Source: Candidatus Latescibacterota bacterium (GTDB lineage Bacteria; Latescibacterota; UBA2968; UBA8231). Taken from it: a stretch of DNA of 27,379 bases. The notes beneath the pieces are model-generated. The model worked only from the letters and a program-made list of their open reading frames with translations. It did not search any database and was not told the origin of the DNA. This document shows, one piece after another, positions 24,703-27,379 of the stretch (position 1 is its first letter; every line of letters begins with the position of its first letter). The translations under genes and the position numbers were made by a program. The stretch covers positions 1-27,379 of the forward strand of contig CBDBIJ010000040.1 in the NCBI GenBank assembly GCA_965205655.1, given 5' to 3'.

Positions 24703-26384
24703 CTAAATACAGCAAAGCGGCGTTTCTGATGGCATTTGTTTTCTGGACCGGGCAACTGCACGCCCAGGCTGGGGGAGAAGAGGAAGAGAAGACGATCATA
24801 GAGTTGAAGCAGCCGGCGGAAAAGAGAGAGCCACCGCCACCGATGATTGGTTCGGAGGCATTCAAAGAGGTTCTGGAGAGTGGCCACTATCTGGTGGGGC
24901 CGGGTGATGAGTTTCTCATCTGGGTCACAGGGCAGGAAGAGCCTCTCAGAAGCAAGGTACTCGCCGAGGGAGGTCTTTACATTCCCATGGTTGGGAAGGT
25001 TTCGGTTGGGGGGACGCGTTTGAAAGAGGTACACGCCAGAATCAGGGCTGCCTTTCGGCAGACTGTCAAGGTCGGAGAGATCGGCATCGAGCTGAGCAAG
25101 ACCAGGATCTTCCCTGTACCGGTCGTAGGGTTGGTGCAGGCGCCGCAAATAGTGCTGGGGAGTGGGGTGGAACGAGTGAGCGAGATGATCCGCAAAGCTG
25201 GAGGCCTCCTGCCGACCGGCTCGAAGCGCAACATACGTGTGGTGAAAATGGGATCGATATTGCCGGAGCGACTGAAGCAGCAAGATCTCAGACCCGAACT
25301 CATTGACTCTGCGGTTTTGGAAGGCCTGGAATCTCAACGGGTGGATATCAGTCTCTACGACGCGACCGGACTGTCGAGATACAACTCGTTCGTGGAGGAC
25401 GGAGACATCGTGCTAGTGCCAGCCCAGATGGGCCGGATGGGAGCACTGGAAGCTGTGCAGCGACCCGCCTTCTACGAATTCGTGGAGGGCGACCGCCTCA
25501 CCGACCTGCTGACCCTGGCTCTCGGCACGGCCCGCTACTACGACAAGGAGAACGTCTACCTGTTTCGCTATGGCGATGATCACAAGACTATGCACCAGAA
25601 ATCGATCGACATAGACCGGGCACTGGCCGGAGACGAAGAAGCAAACCTGAGGCTTCAATCCGGCGACTGGCTCGTGGTCAAGGGGTTGACCGGGTATCAC
25701 GACCGGAGCACGGCACAAATCGTCGGAGAAGTGGCCCGTCCAGGATACCACGTCGTCGAGGCCGGTGGCGCTGATTTAGAATCCATGATCGAGCGCGCAG
25801 GAGGTCTGACAGAATACGCTTCGCTGCCAGAGGCGCGCGTCGTGCGCCAGCGTTTGCAGGAACAGGAACAGCAGGTCAAGGATCCGTGGCACGAGTACGT
25901 CAGGGAGATTCCACCTGCCGACAGAACCGAGGATCAGAATCAGTACACCATAATGAAGGCGAGGGAGAAGGCCGGCCAGATGGTGGTGGATTTTGTCGCT
26001 CTCTTCGAGGGCGGAGACGAGTCGCAGAATATTCAGCTTCTTCCAGGTGATGTCATCGTCATCCCGCGCCTTCAGCAGACGGTGATGGTCAGCGGCCAGG
26101 CGGCGGCTCCGGGCGCCGTCATCTACAATCCGGAATACAGCGTGTGGGATTACATCGACCGCGCCGGCGGGCTCGGGTGGAGAGCGTCGAAGGACATTCG
26201 AGTCATCAAGGCGAGGACGGGAGAGATAAGACGGGCGGAAAACGTAAGACAGATCGATGCGGGAGACCGCATCTGGATCAAGGAAAAACCGGTGCGAGAC
26301 TACTGGCAGATATTCACTCAGACGATGGCCGTCGTCGGCCAAGTAACCACCGTCATCCTTCTGTACGTGACCATCACAAAATGA
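24699..26384 (+). CDS. Polysaccharide export protein (OPX/Wza-KpsD-like; Poly_export + multiple SLBB domains), ~561 aa
   Basis: ATGA overlap start 24699. Signal peptide ending LHAQA. YLVGPGDEF...EGGLYIPMVGKVSVGG, repeated V-x-G-x-V-x-x-PG / AGG / L-x-x-GD units, and a hydrophobic C-terminal helix. Confidence 0.85.
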   Translation: MTKYSKAAFLMAFVFWTGQLHAQAGGEEEEKTIIELKQPAEKREPPPPMIGSEAFKEVLESGHYLVGPGDEFLIWVTGQEEPLRSKVLAEGGLYIPMVGKVSVGGTRLKEVHARIRAAFRQTVKVGEIGIELSKTRIFPVPVVGLVQAPQIVLGSGVERVSEMIRKAGGLLPTGSKRNIRVVKMGSILPERLKQQDLRPELIDSAVLEGLESQRVDISLYDATGLSRYNSFVEDGDIVLVPAQMGRMGALEAVQRPAFYEFVEGDRLTDLLTLALGTARYYDKENVYLFRYGDDHKTMHQKSIDIDRALAGDEEANLRLQSGDWLVVKGLTGYHDRSTAQIVGEVARPGYHVVEAGGADLESMIERAGGLTEYASLPEARVVRQRLQEQEQQVKDPWHEYVREIPPADRTEDQNQYTIMKAREKAGQMVVDFVALFEGGDESQNIQLLPGDVIVIPRLQQTVMVSGQAAAPGAVIYNPEYSVWDYIDRAGGLGWRASKDIRVIKARTGEIRRAENVRQIDAGDRIWIKEKPVRDYWQIFTQTMAVVGQVTTVILLYVTITK

Positions 26385-27379
26385 CTTCGATGACGGATCA
26401 TCACCAGCACGACAGCGTCCTCGACTACCTCTACGTCCTGGTCAAGTGGAGACGGCTCATCTTCAGCTCCGTTCTCATCGTTGGAGTGGTCGTCGTTGGA
26501 ATTAGCCTCATGTTGCCACAGGCCTGGACCGCTGACACGAAGCTGCTGCCGCCGGAGGAGGAGGGCGCCGATCAAATGGGACTTTCCATGCTCTTGGGCT
26601 CGGCGGTGCCCGCCGGACTCATGGGGCTGGTAGGTGCGTCCACGCCGTCGGAGCGACTCGTCACATTCCTGGAGAGCCGGCGCGTCCTCGGAGCGGTAGT
26701 TGACGCATTCGACCTGGTCGAAATCTACGGTGCTCGCCACCACTCGGAGGCTATCGATATTCTCGACGAGCACATCGACAAGGAACTCGAGCGAGACGGC
26801 ACTCTCGTCGTCTCCGTGACCGCGTCCAGTGCGCAACTGGGCGCCGATCTGGCCAACGCACTGGCAGCGCAGTTGGACACGGTCAACCGGCAGTACAAGA
26901 GACAGCAGGCGCGGGCGCTGCGCGAATTTCTTGCGGAGCGGTTGCGTGTGACCGAAGGTGAGCTCAAGGAGAGCGCCTCGGCGCTGCGGGTGTTCCAGGA
27001 AAAACATGGCCTCGTCGATGTAGAAGCTCAGACAGCGGCGGCGGTAGAGCTGATGAGGAATATTGCCCAGCAACTCATCGAGATGCGCGTGCAGCTTCAA
27101 CTCATGACGAGGCAGCTGTCGGAGGATAGTGAGGAGAGGAAGCTGGTCGAGGTGGAAGTCGAGGAGCTAAGCCGACAGCTGCAGATCCTGCTCGGCAACG
27201 GCGCCGGAAACGTGGTTGAAGGCGACGGAGAAGGTCTGGCGTCGCTTGGCCCTCCGCTCAGAGCTCTTCCGGAGCTACTTGTCGAGCACACCGAACTAGC
27301 GCTGGCCCTGGAGTTGAGAGGCGATATCATCCGTTTTCTTGGAACCAAGTTCGAGGAGGCCAGATACCGCGAGGCGCTG
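26381..27379 (+). CDS. Polysaccharide co-polymerase / chain-length determinant (Wzz/GumC/Wzc-N type), 3'-truncated by window edge
   Basis: Not in the ORF track because it has no stop in the window. My translation from ATG 26381: MTSMTDHHQHDSVLDYLYVLVKWRRLIFSSVLIVGVVVVGISLMLPQAWTADTKLLPP...FLESRRVLGAVVDAFDL...ARALREFLAERL...LRVFQEKHG. This is an N-terminal TM followed by a periplasmic coiled coil. Confidence 0.85.
   Translation, partial: MTSMTDHHQHDSVLDYLYVLVKWRRLIFSSVLIVGVVVVGISLMLPQAWTADTKLLPPEEEGADQMGLSMLLGSAVPAGLMGLVGASTPSERLVTFLESRRVLGAVVDAFDLVEIYGARHHSEAIDILDEHIDKELERDGTLVVSVTASSAQLGADLANALAAQLDTVNRQYKRQQARALREFLAERLRVTEGELKESASALRVFQEKHGLVDVEAQTAAAVELMRNIAQQLIEMRVQLQLMTRQLSEDSEERKLVEVEVEELSRQLQILLGNGAGNVVEGDGEGLASLGPPLRALPELLVEHTELALALELRGDIIRFLGTKFEEARYREAL

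Overview
GC-rich bacterial window; all host genes lie on the + strand in two tightly packed blocks. Block 1 (<1..19855) is a tandem array of at least nine paralogous genes, each encoding a multi-pass membrane GT-C-type domain followed by a TPR tail. Their motifs (F-H/Q-Y/F-DD, MYRP, HP-x-x-x-E-x-VNYISSRS-E/D, PLN-x-x-V-N/S-E-H/R-RLYLP, RN-x-VW) match the eukaryotic TMTC (DUF1736, CAZy GT105) protein O-mannosyltransferases. A GT4 glycosyltransferase and a class I SAM methyltransferase sit inside the array. Copy 2 is split by a complete 1376-bp IS256-family element with an 8-bp target duplication, and copy 6 has a 1-nt frameshift in its TPR tail. Block 2 (19998..>27379) follows a sigma70-like promoter and contains lepA, lepB, hemW, thrB, an SLBB/OPX polysaccharide export protein and a Wzz/GumC-type co-polymerase that runs off the window. 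The most notable feature is the TMTC-like array, a candidate multi-enzyme bacterial extracytoplasmic glycosylation system. Family assignments come from motif reading only; no database search was run.
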